Source: Sulfurihydrogenibium sp.
GTDB taxonomy: Bacteria > Aquificota > Aquificia > Aquificales > Hydrogenothermaceae
Length of the DNA stretch: 17,272 nt
NCBI GenBank assembly: GCA_037442825.1
Contig: JBBIPN010000023.1
Coordinates: forward strand, 1-17,272
Reading direction: 5' to 3'
Shown: in pieces, positions 1-9,745 of the stretch
How positions within the stretch are numbered: position 1 is the stretch's first letter
Layout of the letters: each line of letters starts with the position of its first letter
Position numbers and translations under genes: made by a program
Notes under the pieces: generated by a model
The model's input: only the letters and a program-made list of their open reading frames with translations
What the model was told of the DNA's origin: nothing
Database searches by the model: none

Positions 1-1
1 G

Positions 2-400
2 AAGAAAATTTTAGATTTATTTGCAGGGACTGGTCAGATAGGTATAACAGCATTAGAAAAAGGTGCTGAAAGTGTTGTTTTCGTTGAGATAGAAAAAGAA
101 AGAATAAAAGACATCTTAAAAAAGATAGAGAATAAGGAAAATACTAAAACATACAGTATAGATGCACTAAAATTTTTAAAAAACCAAAAAGATGAGCAGT
201 GGGACATCATATTTGCAGATCCACCATACAACTATAAACTTTATGATAAACTAATAAAAGAAGGATTTAGGGTTTTAAATGAAGGTGGTTTGTTGATAGT
301 AGAACATAGTGATAAAGTTAACGTTGATGATATTTTATCAGATCATATAATAGATTCAAGAAAATACGGTGATACTGTTATAACATTTTGGAGAAAGTGA
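2..400 (+). CDS. rsmD: 16S rRNA m2G966 methyltransferase RsmD (5'-partial, runs off the left edge)
   Basis: Not in the ORF track. Frame +2 is open from base 2: KKILDLFAGTGQIGITALEKGAESVVFVE...DIIFADPPY...GGLLIVEH...RKYGDTVITFWRK, then TGA at 398-400. It has the DLFAGTG SAM motif and the DPPY motif, and rsmD-coaD is a common pairing. Confidence 0.93.
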   Translation, partial: KKILDLFAGTGQIGITALEKGAESVVFVEIEKERIKDILKKIENKENTKTYSIDALKFLKNQKDEQWDIIFADPPYNYKLYDKLIKEGFRVLNEGGLLIVEHSDKVNVDDILSDHIIDSRKYGDTVITFWRK

Positions 401-906
401 TGACAAAAAAGATATGTGTTTATCCTGGAACGTTTGACCCTGTCCATCTTGGGCATCTTGATATTGTAGAAAGAGCATTAAACATTTTCGAAACTGTTAT
501 AGTTGCGATAGCTGAGAATCCAAAAAAGAAACCACTATTTAATATAGAAGAAAGAATTGATCTATTTAATAAAGCTGTTGCAAAGTATGAAGGAAGAGTT
601 ATTATTGAAGGATTTTCAGGGTTATTGGTAGATTTTATGAAAAAATATGATACAAAAATTATTGTTAGAGGTGTTAGACTGTTTACAGATTTTGAATACG
701 AACTGCAAATAGCAATGACTAACTATAAACTTGATAAAGTAGAAACATTTTTCATGATGCCTTCTCAAGAACTTATACATATTAGCTCTACGATAGTAAA
801 AGATATAGCCTTTCACGACGGAGATGTAAGTCAGATGGTCACCTATTACGTTAAACAAAAATTAGGAGAGAAAATTAAATTATTAAAAAAAGATGGTGAG
901 ATATGA
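400..906 (+). CDS. coaD: Pantetheine-phosphate adenylyltransferase
   Basis: YPGTFDPVHLGH (HxGH), RGVR..DFEYE and ISSTIVK motifs. The start is likely ATG 400, overlapping the rsmD stop (TGATG), rather than TTG 388. Confidence 0.97.
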   Translation: MTKKICVYPGTFDPVHLGHLDIVERALNIFETVIVAIAENPKKKPLFNIEERIDLFNKAVAKYEGRVIIEGFSGLLVDFMKKYDTKIIVRGVRLFTDFEYELQIAMTNYKLDKVETFFMMPSQELIHISSTIVKDIAFHDGDVSQMVTYYVKQKLGEKIKLLKKDGEI

Positions 907-1391
907 GATTTATCTTCGCTTTTATAATCTTATTAACATTTGGTTGTTCAGTGAAAGATTATAAACAAACAAAAAATAAGGAAGCATACACAATATGTGT
1001 TAAAGAGGTCAGTTTTAACTTTCCAGAACCTGTTTTAAGAGATATAATTACAAAACAAGTAAGTGATGGCATACTTTCAAGTGGAAATAGTATCGAATGT
1101 AGTGATAAAACACAGTATTTCGTATATGTAAACGTTAATAGTCTTAACTTTTATACAATAGGATACTCTCCGAGCCAAAAAGCAAACGTTTATGATGTAG
1201 AATTAAATCTAGATTTTAAAATGGAAGATAAAAATAAAGATTTTATTATAGACAAAAATATATTAGAAAAAACACAATATGTAGGTACAGGAATAAGGTC
1301 AGATTTTGAAAAACGTTATGCTTTTGAAGAACTTGGAGAACTTGTAAAAGTTAGAATAATATCAATATTTGAATCAAGATGGCAGAAATAA
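903..1391 (+). CDS. Outer-membrane lipoprotein, LptE-like (LPS assembly)
   Basis: Signal peptide with a lipobox-like TFGC, 162 aa, directly upstream of holA (the classic lptE-holA order). The sequence is divergent, so the identity rests on size and synteny. Confidence 0.65.
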   Translation: MRFIFAFIILLTFGCSVKDYKQTKNKEAYTICVKEVSFNFPEPVLRDIITKQVSDGILSSGNSIECSDKTQYFVYVNVNSLNFYTIGYSPSQKANVYDVELNLDFKMEDKNKDFIIDKNILEKTQYVGTGIRSDFEKRYAFEELGELVKVRIISIFESRWQK

Positions 1392-2365
1392 AAGCTAACC
1401 AACTTATAAAAGATTTTAAATTAGAACAGTTAAAACCAGTCGTAATAATATATGGAAACGAACCTTTACTAAAATCGTTAATTTTAGAAAAAATAAAAAA
1501 TCTTGCAGATCTTAAGGTACTATGGGGCGATGAAATAGATTATAAAATATTTAAAAACGAGATTTTTTCAAAAAATCTCTTTTCAATAGATAAATTTTTA
1601 GTTGTAAGAAATTTTGATAGTTTAATAGAAAAGATAAAAAAAGAAGAGATTTTAAAAGATTTAGAAAGTATAAAACTACCGAATAGGTTTTTTTTATTGA
1701 CAAACATAGAAAAAATAGATACTGAACCCTTTAAATCTTTATCTAAATCTGATAATATAACATTTGTTAATGCTGTTAGACTATCTCAAGATGCATTTAT
1801 AAAATCTTTAAAATCAAAATTTCAGAAAGAGAGTAAAACAATTTCAGACGAGAATTTAAAATATTTAGCTTCTCTTTTAAGTAACAATTTGCAAATAGCT
1901 AAAAATGAAATTGAGAAATTACTTTTATACACTGTAGATAAAGAAGAGATTACTAAAGAAGATATTGATAACGTCATAACTCCAGTTTTTGAAGAAAATG
2001 TTTTTAACTTCCTTAATAAATTTTTCAACAAAGAGAAAGAAGCATTAATTATCTTTTTAAACTTGGTTGAAACTTCAGTACATCCGTTTGAGATCCAAAG
2101 TTTAATTTTAAGCTATGTTGAAAAAGCTTTAAACTTAAAAGTTTTAATTGAAGAAGGAAATTCTTTAGAAGATGCTTTTAGTAAAGTTGGAATATACAGC
2201 CAGATACAAAAGATAACGTTTTCTAAAATCTTAAAAATATACTCAAAAGAAGATTTAGTAAAAATGATTAAAAAACTATACAAACTTGAGATAACACAAA
2301 AAGTTTTTTATAACGATATAATACAAACATCAACAGAGTTTATACTAAGTAATATTTTGGAGTGA
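1379..2365 (+). CDS. holA: DNA polymerase III subunit delta
   Basis: PVVIIYGNE N-terminal motif, NEIEKLLLY..ITKEDI and ENVFNFL motifs, 328 aa. Confidence 0.88.
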   Translation: MAEIKANQLIKDFKLEQLKPVVIIYGNEPLLKSLILEKIKNLADLKVLWGDEIDYKIFKNEIFSKNLFSIDKFLVVRNFDSLIEKIKKEEILKDLESIKLPNRFFLLTNIEKIDTEPFKSLSKSDNITFVNAVRLSQDAFIKSLKSKFQKESKTISDENLKYLASLLSNNLQIAKNEIEKLLLYTVDKEEITKEDIDNVITPVFEENVFNFLNKFFNKEKEALIIFLNLVETSVHPFEIQSLILSYVEKALNLKVLIEEGNSLEDAFSKVGIYSQIQKITFSKILKIYSKEDLVKMIKKLYKLEITQKVFYNDIIQTSTEFILSNILE

Positions 2366-2367
2366 TT

Positions 2368-3099
2368 ATGAAAAAAGGAAGACTAGAACTTAAAAACATT
2401 GAAAAGACCTTTAAAGGTAGGATAGTATTAAGTGGTGTTTCCCTGTATGCGGAAGAAGGGGAAATAGTTGGACTTCTTGGACCAAATGGTGCTGGAAAAA
2501 CAACCACTTTTAAATGTTTACTTGGATTCTTAAAACCAGACAATGGAAAAGTTTTATTAAATGATGAAGATATCACAAATTTACCTGTTTGGGAAAGGGC
2601 AAAAAAAGGTATAAGTTTTTTACCACAAGAAACATCTATATTCAGAGATTTAACAGTTTGGGAAAATTTAATAATGTTCTTAGAGTTTCAAGATTTATCA
2701 GATTCTGAAAGAATAAAAAAAGCAGAAGAACTTCTTGATGAATTTGGAATATTACATTTAAAAAATCAAAAAGCTTCAACATTATCAGGTGGAGAAAGGA
2801 GAAGGTTGGAAATTGCAAGAAGTTTAATAATAAATCCTTATTTTTTACTTTTAGATGAACCTTTTGCAGGTGTAGACCCAGTTTCTGTTAAAGATATTAA
2901 CAATCTAATTCTCTCTCTTACAAAAAAAGGTATAGGTGTAATTATTACAGATCATAACGTTAGAGAAACATTAAAGATTACGAATAGAGCTTACATAATA
3001 GCCCATGGAAAAGTTATAGCAAAAGGTTTTCCACATGACATAGTAGAAAACCCTGAAGTAAGAAAGGTTTTCTTAGGTGAAGATTTTATTTTAGCTTAG
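2368..3099 (+). CDS. lptB: LPS export ABC transporter ATP-binding protein
   Basis: Walker A GPNGAGKTT, LPQETSIFR, signature LSGGERRRLEIAR, LLDEPFAGVDP, ITDHNVRETL and terminal FLGEDF. ATG 2368 follows GGAG; GTG 2362 is the alternative start. Confidence 0.96.
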   Translation: MKKGRLELKNIEKTFKGRIVLSGVSLYAEEGEIVGLLGPNGAGKTTTFKCLLGFLKPDNGKVLLNDEDITNLPVWERAKKGISFLPQETSIFRDLTVWENLIMFLEFQDLSDSERIKKAEELLDEFGILHLKNQKASTLSGGERRRLEIARSLIINPYFLLLDEPFAGVDPVSVKDINNLILSLTKKGIGVIITDHNVRETLKITNRAYIIAHGKVIAKGFPHDIVENPEVRKVFLGEDFILA

Positions 3100-3449
3100 T
3101 ACTCATCTTCATTCTTTTTATATTCCATAACCATCTCTATAAAAAGTAACAATATAGATATAAAATTAGCTACGGCAGCACCAATAGCTAACCCTATAGC
3201 AAGATCCGTATGGATTCCACTAAAATACAAAATTGCTGCAGGAATAAGATGTAAATCTGCAACAAACGCTGTCGCAAGCAATTCAGCAGAAAGTATTTTT
3301 TTAGCACCAAATTTTAAAACAGTTGCTATTAAGTTAACACCAATTGCTACTACAAGTTGATAAGGGTCATGACTGAAAATAAAACCTATATTTGATGTTA
3401 AAGCTAAAAATATAAAAAAATCAGACCAAACTTTACCCCAGTTAATCAA
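3096..3449 (-). CDS. Small multi-pass membrane protein, DUF6394-like
   Basis: 117 aa with about 4 hydrophobic segments and WGKV...AELLA..VADLHLIPA motifs that I recall from the DUF6394 family. TTG start with a strong GAGGAGG SD inside the end of the channel gene. Confidence 0.75.
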   Translation of the reverse strand: MINWGKVWSDFFIFLALTSNIGFIFSHDPYQLVVAIGVNLIATVLKFGAKKILSAELLATAFVADLHLIPAAILYFSGIHTDLAIGLAIGAAVANFISILLLFIEMVMEYKKNEDEY

Positions 3450-3452
3450 TGC

Positions 3453-4589
3453 CTAATCCTCCTCTATTTGATTTAAAATATACCTCTTGGCTTTCTCAAT
3501 ATCTTCTGCCTTTCCTAAAAGTAGCAAGGTATAACCTTCTTTTATTACCGTATCCCCAACAGGGGCTATATCCATTTTTCCATTTGACTTTACAATAGCT
3601 ATTATTGTAGTTTTTGTGTTTTTTCTTAAATGTATATCTTTTAAAGCTTTTTCAACTATCCAACTATTTTTATCAACATAAACTTCTGATATATCTATAT
3701 CTGTTCTTTCTCCAAAAGCTATTTTATTTAGAAAGTTAGATACGATTGGTGATGGGGGATGTAAAACCATTGATACAATTCTTTTCCCAATAGTTATATT
3801 AGGAACTATAACTTCATTTGCTCCAAGTAATTTCATTTTTTCAGCAGCACCTTCATTAGTAGCAGTAGTAAATATATAAAAGTTATCTTTATCAGGTCTT
3901 ATCAATCTTGCTGTAACAATAACGGCAAGGTCTTGCGTGTTCTCCTCAAAAGCTGAAATCAATCCCCTTGCCTTATCTATGAAAGCCCCAAGTAGCACAC
4001 TTCTTTTATGAGGTTCATCAAAAATATAGTAAGGTATATTTAAATCTTTTATATCATTTTCTTTTAGATTATCAGGTTCTATAAGGATAAAGGATATTTT
4101 TTTTCTCTTAAAATCTTTTATTATTTCTTGTGTAATAGCATTAAAAGGTGTTATTATAAAATGGTAATTTATATGTTCCATTTTTTTATACATCCTCCAA
4201 TAAAAATAAATTTTATTAATTTCGCCGGACATTAAAACTTGAAATGTTTTAACTAATCCATAAAGATAACCTAAAGGAAAGGCAATAATTATAAATATTG
4301 ATGCTAAAAATCTATTTAGAATTATATTATTAGTATAACTTTCTGTATAACCTACAGTCGAGATTGTTATTACAGTATGGAAAAAGTAGTTAACAACATC
4401 TTCACCTGAAGACTTGCCATTTATTATCATAAAAAGTAGTGTTCCAGCTGTAGTTACAAAAATAACAATCATTAATGGAACTTTCAGTTGGTTTAAAAGG
4501 TCATAAAATTTCTCTTCATATATAGCCTTATAGTTTTTCCTTTTTACATTTCCATAATGAGTTATTTTTCTATTTTTCACTTTTGCCAT
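3453..4589 (-). CDS. Potassium channel family protein (2TM pore + TrkA-N/RCK + TrkA-C), MthK/Kch-like
   Basis: Two TM helices flanking the pore loop TVITISTVGYTE, an RCK domain (GANEVIVP) and a TrkA-C domain (LKDIHLR...P.GDTVIKEG). Confidence 0.88.
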   Translation of the reverse strand: MAKVKNRKITHYGNVKRKNYKAIYEEKFYDLLNQLKVPLMIVIFVTTAGTLLFMIINGKSSGEDVVNYFFHTVITISTVGYTESYTNNIILNRFLASIFIIIAFPLGYLYGLVKTFQVLMSGEINKIYFYWRMYKKMEHINYHFIITPFNAITQEIIKDFKRKKISFILIEPDNLKENDIKDLNIPYYIFDEPHKRSVLLGAFIDKARGLISAFEENTQDLAVIVTARLIRPDKDNFYIFTTATNEGAAEKMKLLGANEVIVPNITIGKRIVSMVLHPPSPIVSNFLNKIAFGERTDIDISEVYVDKNSWIVEKALKDIHLRKNTKTTIIAIVKSNGKMDIAPVGDTVIKEGYTLLLLGKAEDIEKAKRYILNQIEED

Positions 4590-5215
4590 TCCTGTATTAA
4601 ATTTTTTAAATAATCTTCTTTTTTATTATACAATTTTAACATTTTAGCAACATACTTTCCTAATATATCAAATTCTATATTAACGATATCACTAACTTTT
4701 CTATATTTTAAGTTTGTACTTTCTAAAGTATGTGGAATTATATTTAAATCTATTATATCTTCTTTTATGTAGTTTATTGTTAAACTTATTCCATCTATAG
4801 CTATACTTCCTTTTTCAATAACAAGATAATCATACTCTTTTGGAAATCTGATTTTAACGTTTGTATGCTCTCCTAACCTATTTATTGAAAATATCTCTCC
4901 TATAGTATCAACATGTCCTTGTACTATATGACCACCTAATCTACTTAAAGGTGTCATAGCTCTCTCTAAATTTATATAATCATTGATACTTAAGTTTTTA
5001 AAATTACTTCTTTTTATAGTCTCATTTGAAACCTCAAAATCAAGTTGTCTATTTCCAATATTTACAACTGTTAAACATACCCCATTTAATGCTATACTAT
5101 CTCCTAATTTAGTTCCATCTATAACTTTGTCACATTCAACAGATATTTTTATTCCATCATTTCTTTTCTGAATTTTTCTTATCTTACCAACTTCTTCCAC
5201 TAAACCAGTAAACAT
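4577..5215 (-). CDS. ribE: Riboflavin synthase (alpha chain; ribC in E. coli nomenclature)
   Basis: MFTGLVEE N-terminus, NGVCLTV, RLGGHIVQGHVD and KGSIAIDGISLT motifs. GGAGGA SD. Confidence 0.97.
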   Translation of the reverse strand: MFTGLVEEVGKIRKIQKRNDGIKISVECDKVIDGTKLGDSIALNGVCLTVVNIGNRQLDFEVSNETIKRSNFKNLSINDYINLERAMTPLSRLGGHIVQGHVDTIGEIFSINRLGEHTNVKIRFPKEYDYLVIEKGSIAIDGISLTINYIKEDIIDLNIIPHTLESTNLKYRKVSDIVNIEFDILGKYVAKMLKLYNKKEDYLKNLIQEWQK

Positions 5216-5230
5216 AATACTCCTCCTTAC

Positions 5231-6871
5231 TTATTGATTTAAGTAGATTATATAATTTCTTAAAACTTTCTTTACATAATCTCTCGTTTCAGAAAATGGA
5301 TAAAACTCTATAAACTCTCCTTCATCTTTAATATAATTTTTTTCTAAAAATCTTTTAACAGCATTTTCACCAGAATTATAAGATGCTGATATGTATATAA
5401 TATTTCCGTCAAACATTTTAGCCAATTTATCAACATACCATAAAGCAAAACTGATAGCGTTTTCTGGTTTATAGAGCTCCACCATATCAAAGCCATTAAA
5501 GTTTTTTTGTTTTGCAACATAGTAGGCTGTTTTTGGTATAAACTGTGTTAAACCAACAGCTTTTGATGAAGATACAGCATAAATGTCAAAGAAGCTTTCT
5601 TGTTTTATGATAGCGTAAATAAGATTTTCATAATCTTCAATTTTTCCAAAAGGTTTTATATAACTACATTCACTATTTTGGTTAAAACATTTTACAGCCA
5701 CCTCTGGCATAAATTTATAAACTTCCTTACAAAAACCTTTTTTAATTTGATAGTTGGCTTCAATCCAAGCAAATTTATAGTCTAAGCTTTTCATATAATC
5801 AAAATCTTTTTTATGACTAATACATTGATTTTCTTTTACTAAATTGATATATTTACCTGTTTTATAAATTATCAAACTAAGGTAAGGTGTAATTTCACTG
5901 TATTTATAACTATCTTTTAAAGTGATGTTATCAAAAGATTGATTATCTAAAATAGCTTTCCAATACTCTATTTTATATATATCATCTGTATATTTAGAGT
6001 ACTGTTTTAATAAAATTTTAGCAGTATCTATTTCATTTAATTTATAATTGTATAAAAATTTTAGCCATAAAATATTTGGAGATTTTCCATCAAAACTTTC
6101 ATAAAATTCTAAATACTTTAAAAAATCATCATAATTTTGAGTAAAAAAAGCCTTTTCTATCTTTTTATAGTAAAAATCTAAAATATTTTTTTTATCATTC
6201 TCACCAAGTAGATGATGTATATACTCTTTTTCATATTTTTCTTCTAAGTTAGCAACTACTTTAAGTGCTAACAGATAAAACTCTGAATCTTTGCTTATAC
6301 TATTAAAGTAAAAAATTTTTTCTTCTTTGTCTTTAGAGATTTTTATCAGATAATAATAAACAGCGTTAGTATCTTTTAAAGAAAATAACATATTCTTCAC
6401 TTTTTCAAAATGTTTATGTTTTAAGCAGTTATCAATAGATTTGTATTTTTCTTGTTCCAATAAAAAAGGATAAATTTCTAAATAAACTTTATAGCCATAG
6501 TAAGAGTAGCAAAAGTTTGTAGATAGATGTTTATAAGTGTCTAAATATTCAGACATCCTTAATTTTTTTTGTAAACTTCCTTTTATATATAAGTAGTAAT
6601 TGATATCTTCATTTATAAAAGCATCACTATCAGCTAAATTTAAAAAGTTATAGCCTTCTTCATAGTTTCCTTCGTAATATAAAAAAGATGCTACTTTTAA
6701 TGCTAAATAACTTGATAGAGCATATTCTCTATTACTTAAAATAGTTGATTTAATTTTGCTTAAATCTTCAATATCTTCAAAATCTTTTTTATAAAGATTA
6801 AGGATTTCATCTATCGATGCAAAGGAAAAGTAAAATAAAAATAGTATAGAAAGTAATATATATTTAATCAT
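5231..6871 (-). CDS. Soluble lytic transglycosylase (Slt-family, signal peptide + helical scaffold + SLT domain)
   Basis: C-terminal IIKQES (catalytic Glu), AVGLTQF, SYNSG and ETRDYVKKV motifs, plus an N-terminal signal peptide. Confidence 0.9.
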   Translation of the reverse strand: MIKYILLSILFLFYFSFASIDEILNLYKKDFEDIEDLSKIKSTILSNREYALSSYLALKVASFLYYEGNYEEGYNFLNLADSDAFINEDINYYLYIKGSLQKKLRMSEYLDTYKHLSTNFCYSYYGYKVYLEIYPFLLEQEKYKSIDNCLKHKHFEKVKNMLFSLKDTNAVYYYLIKISKDKEEKIFYFNSISKDSEFYLLALKVVANLEEKYEKEYIHHLLGENDKKNILDFYYKKIEKAFFTQNYDDFLKYLEFYESFDGKSPNILWLKFLYNYKLNEIDTAKILLKQYSKYTDDIYKIEYWKAILDNQSFDNITLKDSYKYSEITPYLSLIIYKTGKYINLVKENQCISHKKDFDYMKSLDYKFAWIEANYQIKKGFCKEVYKFMPEVAVKCFNQNSECSYIKPFGKIEDYENLIYAIIKQESFFDIYAVSSSKAVGLTQFIPKTAYYVAKQKNFNGFDMVELYKPENAISFALWYVDKLAKMFDGNIIYISASYNSGENAVKRFLEKNYIKDEGEFIEFYPFSETRDYVKKVLRNYIIYLNQ

Positions 6872-6873
6872 TT

Positions 6874-7827
6874 TTATAACCTTTCTAATATTTCTGGTAA
6901 AGGTTCAGGTAATTTATCTAACTTTATATCTATAATCTTTTCTTTTCTTGGATGCTTAAATGTTAGTCTATATGCAACTAAAGCATGGTAATTTAACTTA
7001 CTAGATATCTCTTTTGCTAAATCAGATTTTAGTTTACTTACTTTAAAACCATATGTATAATCATTAAGTAAAGTATGACCGATAGATGAAAAATGAACTC
7101 TTATCTGATGTGTTCTCCCTGTATGAAGCTTTATATCTACAAACGTTAATCCATGTTTTTCATATCGTTTTTCAACCCAATATTCTGTAAGTGCATCCCT
7201 TAAATTTGTTGCAACAGTTCCCATCTTTTGTCTATCGTATATAGACCTACCTATAGGTAAATCTATAAGTCCATGGTCTCTATTAACAATTCCTAAAACG
7301 ATAGCTTTATATCTTTTATCTATCTCTCTATTTTGAAAAATCTTTTGAAGTTCTTTATGAGCAAATTCAGATTTTGCAACAATAATCAATCCAGCAGTAT
7401 CTTTATCTAATCTATGAACTATACCAGCTCTCTCTTTCCCTTGATATTGAGAAATATGCTTAAAATGATAAAGTAAAGCATTTACTAATGTTCCAGACGT
7501 ATGTCCTACTGAAGGATGAACTACCATCCCAGGTGGTTTATAAACAACTGCTAAATCTTCATCTTCATAGTAAATATCTAAAGGTATATTTTCAGGTTCA
7601 ACTGAAAGCTCCTGTTGAGGTGGTATAATAACATTATACTCTTCCCCTTCTTTTACCTTAACACTTGCTTTTTTTACTGCTATATTGTTTTTTAATACAA
7701 AACCATTTTCAATTAGATTTTGATAGTATGTACGTGAATACTCAGGGTAAGCAGTAGATAAAAAAGCATCTAATCTCTTATTTGAAAGATCTGCAGATAC
7801 TTGTAATGTAATTATTTCTTCACTCAT
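6874..7827 (-). CDS. rluD: RluA-family 23S rRNA pseudouridine synthase (RluD-like, S4 domain)
   Basis: RLDAFL S4 domain, KPPGMVVHP, GIVHRLDKDT (catalytic Asp) and TGRTHQIRVH. The start is more likely ATG 7827 (MSEEI) than 7872. Confidence 0.9.
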   Translation of the reverse strand: MSEEIITLQVSADLSNKRLDAFLSTAYPEYSRTYYQNLIENGFVLKNNIAVKKASVKVKEGEEYNVIIPPQQELSVEPENIPLDIYYEDEDLAVVYKPPGMVVHPSVGHTSGTLVNALLYHFKHISQYQGKERAGIVHRLDKDTAGLIIVAKSEFAHKELQKIFQNREIDKRYKAIVLGIVNRDHGLIDLPIGRSIYDRQKMGTVATNLRDALTEYWVEKRYEKHGLTFVDIKLHTGRTHQIRVHFSSIGHTLLNDYTYGFKVSKLKSDLAKEISSKLNYHALVAYRLTFKHPRKEKIIDIKLDKLPEPLPEILERL

Positions 7828-7837
7828 AACTAAAAAT

Positions 7838-7866
7838 AAGATATAAGATTTTTTATAAAATTTCAA
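7838..7866 (-). promoter_or_regulatory. Putative sigma70 promoter for rluD
   Basis: TTGAAA (7866-7861), 17-nt spacer, TATCTT (7843-7838), 10 nt upstream of ATG 7827. The AT-rich background weakens the call. Confidence 0.4.
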
Positions 7867-7877
7867 ATACAAAAGTA

Positions 7878-7886
7878 TGGTATACT
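7878..7886 (+). promoter_or_regulatory. Putative extended -10 promoter for typA
   Basis: TGgTATACT at 7878-7886, upstream of SD AGGAG (7909-7913) and GTG 7922. Confidence 0.45.
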
Positions 7887-7921
7887 GTTTGTTTTACAAT
7901 TTTAAACAAGGAGATTTTAAA

Positions 7922-9745
7922 GTGATAGAAAGCAAAGAGATTAGTAAAGCGATAAGAGAAGAAATACGTAATATAGCTATCATTGCCCACGTTGACCATG
8001 GAAAAACAACACTTGTAGATGCATTACTAAAACAAAGTGGAACATTTAGAGATAACGAAGAAGTTGTTGAAAGGATTATGGATAATATAGACCTTGAAAG
8101 AGAACGTGGAATTACCATAATGGCTAAAAATACAGCTATAAGATATAAAAATTACAAAATAAACATCGTAGATACACCGGGGCACGCAGATTTTGGCGGT
8201 GAAGTAGAAAGAACATTAAAAATGGTAGATGGTGTTATCCTTTTAGTTGATGCATCAGAAGGACCATTACCGCAAACAAGATTTGTATTAAAAAAAGCAT
8301 TAGAGTCTAATTTAACACCCATAGTTGTTATAAATAAAATTGATAGACCAGATGCAAGGATTCAAGAAGTTATAAATGAAGTTTATGACCTGTTTATAGA
8401 TTTAGATGCTACAGAAGAACAGTTAGAATTTCCGATTTTATATACTATAGCAAAAGAAGGTATAGCAAAAGAAAATTTAAATGATGATTCAAAAGATTTA
8501 AAACCACTTTTTGATAAAATTATTGATTACATACCAGCTCCATCTTATGACCCTAACCAAGTTTTCCAATTCTTAATTACATCTTTAGATTATGACAACT
8601 ATGTAGGTAGATTAGCAATTGGTAGAATATTCAATGGAACAGTAAAACTAAATCAGCCAGTTTCTGTGGTTAAAAAGGATGGTTCTATTGTAAAAGGAGC
8701 ATTAAGAGCTTTATACACCTATGAAGGTTTAAAAAGGGTTGAAGTTACAGAAGCAAAAGCTGGTGATATAATTGCCATTGCAGGTTTAGATGATATAACA
8801 ATAGGTGACACAATATCTGATGTAGAAAATCCTGTTGCACTTCCACCTATAAAAGTTGAAGAACCGACCATATCTATGATTTTTTCTGTAAATGATTCTC
8901 CATTTGCTGGAAGAAGTGGCAAATATCTTACATCAAGACATTTAAGAGAAAGATTATACAAAGAGTTACTTACAAACGTTGCAATAAAAGTTGAAGATAC
9001 AGAAAGCCCAGATTCATTTTTAGTAATGGGAAGAGGTGAACTTCAACTTTCTATATTAGCTGAGATGATGAGAAGGGAAGGATATGAATTCCAAGTTTCA
9101 AAACCTAAAGTTATTATAAAAGAAGAAAACAATAAGAAATATGAACCTGTAGAAAGAGTTTTAATCGATATCCCAGAGGAATTTGTTGGTACTGTTACCC
9201 AAAAACTTGGTTCAAGAAAAGGTAGAATGATAAATATGATAAACCATGGATTTGGAAGAGTAAGATTAGAATTTATAGTACCTTCAAGAGGTTTAATAGG
9301 TTATAGGTCAGAGTTTAAGACAGATACAAGAGGAGAAGGTTTATTAAACACAATTTTTGAAGGATGGGAAGAATGGCAAGGTGATATAAAAACAAGACAA
9401 AATGGTGCATTAATATCGGATAGAGCTGGTGTTGCAACACCTTATGCTATTTTTGGTTTACAAGATAGAGGTGTATTTTTTATATCTCCTGGTACACAAG
9501 TATACGAAGGAATGATAGTAGGAGAGCATAATAGGGAAAATGATTTAGATGTTAACGTAACAAGAGAGAAAAAGTTAACAAATATGAGAGCTTCAGGTTC
9601 TGATGAAAATATAAAAATTATACCTGCTAAAATAATGGATTTTGAAAGAGCTATGGAATGGATAGCAGATGATGAACTTATTGAAGTAACACCTGATGCT
9701 ATAAGAATAAGAAAGAAGATATTAGAAGCAAATAAAAGAAAGTAG
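7922..9745 (+). CDS. typA: Translational GTPase TypA/BipA
   Basis: [48 protein letters not shown] and [10 protein letters not shown] motifs. The start is likely GTG 7922 after AGGAG. Confidence 0.98.
   Translation: MIESKEISKAIREEIRNIAIIAHVDHGKTTLVDALLKQSGTFRDNEEVVERIMDNIDLERERGITIMAKNTAIRYKNYKINIVDTPGHADFGGEVERTLKMVDGVILLVDASEGPLPQTRFVLKKALESNLTPIVVINKIDRPDARIQEVINEVYDLFIDLDATEEQLEFPILYTIAKEGIAKENLNDDSKDLKPLFDKIIDYIPAPSYDPNQVFQFLITSLDYDNYVGRLAIGRIFNGTVKLNQPVSVVKKDGSIVKGALRALYTYEGLKRVEVTEAKAGDIIAIAGLDDITIGDTISDVENPVALPPIKVEEPTISMIFSVNDSPFAGRSGKYLTSRHLRERLYKELLTNVAIKVEDTESPDSFLVMGRGELQLSILAEMMRREGYEFQVSKPKVIIKEENNKKYEPVERVLIDIPEEFVGTVTQKLGSRKGRMINMINHGFGRVRLEFIVPSRGLIGYRSEFKTDTRGEGLLNTIFEGWEEWQGDIKTRQNGALISDRAGVATPYAIFGLQDRGVFFISPGTQVYEGMIVGEHNRENDLDVNVTREKKLTNMRASGSDENIKIIPAKIMDFERAMEWIADDELIEVTPDAIRIRKKILEANKRK

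Noticed and set aside
34..231. 65-aa minus-strand ORF
   Set aside because: Antisense shadow of rsmD, which occupies frame +2.
5216..5230. FMN riboswitch upstream of riboflavin synthase
   Set aside because: The gap is only 15 bp and contains just the SD.
7828..7921. Longer starts for rluD (7872) and typA (7877)
   Set aside because: They would leave only 4 bp for two promoters. Promoter and SD signals favour 7827 and 7922.
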